Source: Candidatus Binatia bacterium | GTDB lineage: Bacteria; Desulfobacterota; Binatia; UBA9968; JAJDTQ01 | Assembly (NCBI GenBank): GCA_963666515.2 | Contig: OY762897.2 | Coordinates: forward strand, 736,001-800,000 | Length of the DNA: 64,000 nucleotides | Direction of reading: 5' to 3' | In this document: in pieces, positions 63,797 through 64,000 of the stretch | Layout: the number at the start of each line of letters is the position of its first letter | Numbering within the stretch: the stretch's first letter is position 1 | Notes under the pieces: model-generated | Database searches by the model: none | Told to the model about the DNA's origin: nothing | The model's input: the letters and a program-made list of their open reading frames with translations, nothing else | Program-made: the position numbers and the translations under genes

Positions 63797-64000
63797 CGGT
63801 TCCTTATCAGGGGCTCACGGTTGTCAGGCGGCAAACGGTTCGGCCTCTGAAGAGTGGAATTCCTGCCTGCCGTGCAATCTACCTTTACATGCCTATGATC
63901 CTGAACATCAAGAATGAAAGATACCTGCCAACTCGGCCCTTGACGGGAAGCAATTCATGGGTCATCTTACTAGTAAGACTCAGTAAGAGATAAGGAGAAC

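Noticed and set aside
63800-64000. AT-rich terminal segment and 67-aa ORF
   Set aside because: Looks like non-coding regulatory DNA cut by the window edge; the ORF has no recognisable features.

Overview
High-GC bacterial chromosomal window. The gene order (ftsEX-envC-ctpA-xseAB-tlyA-rpsU-cvpA-dnaG-rpoD-tRNA) and the many CoA-transferases, LLM oxidoreductases and amidohydrolases suggest a Deltaproteobacteria-like (possibly Binatia-type) organism; this is inference only. Left part: ileS-lspA, then catabolic genes (heterodimeric class III CoA-transferase, JAB peptidase, hydrolases, TAXI-TRAP transporter, gamma-glutamylation cluster, metH). Middle: a UbiD decarboxylase I recognise as phthaloyl-CoA decarboxylase-like, tandem MFS paralogues, a TPP enzyme, and a B12-radical SAM protein with an unusual C-terminal domain. 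Right: a housekeeping block ending in tRNA-Ile2(CAU), then an accessory/defence region with a type I R-M system containing an embedded DUF433/PIN toxin-antitoxin pair and recombination scars, and a type IV AbiE module whose toxin is internally deleted. A family of intergenic double-hairpin repeats occurs three times. Top leads: the stand-alone phthaloyl-CoA decarboxylase-like gene with possible dispersed partners, the B12-rSAM fusion, and the TA-containing R-M locus. All family assignments are from motif recognition by eye; no searches were run.
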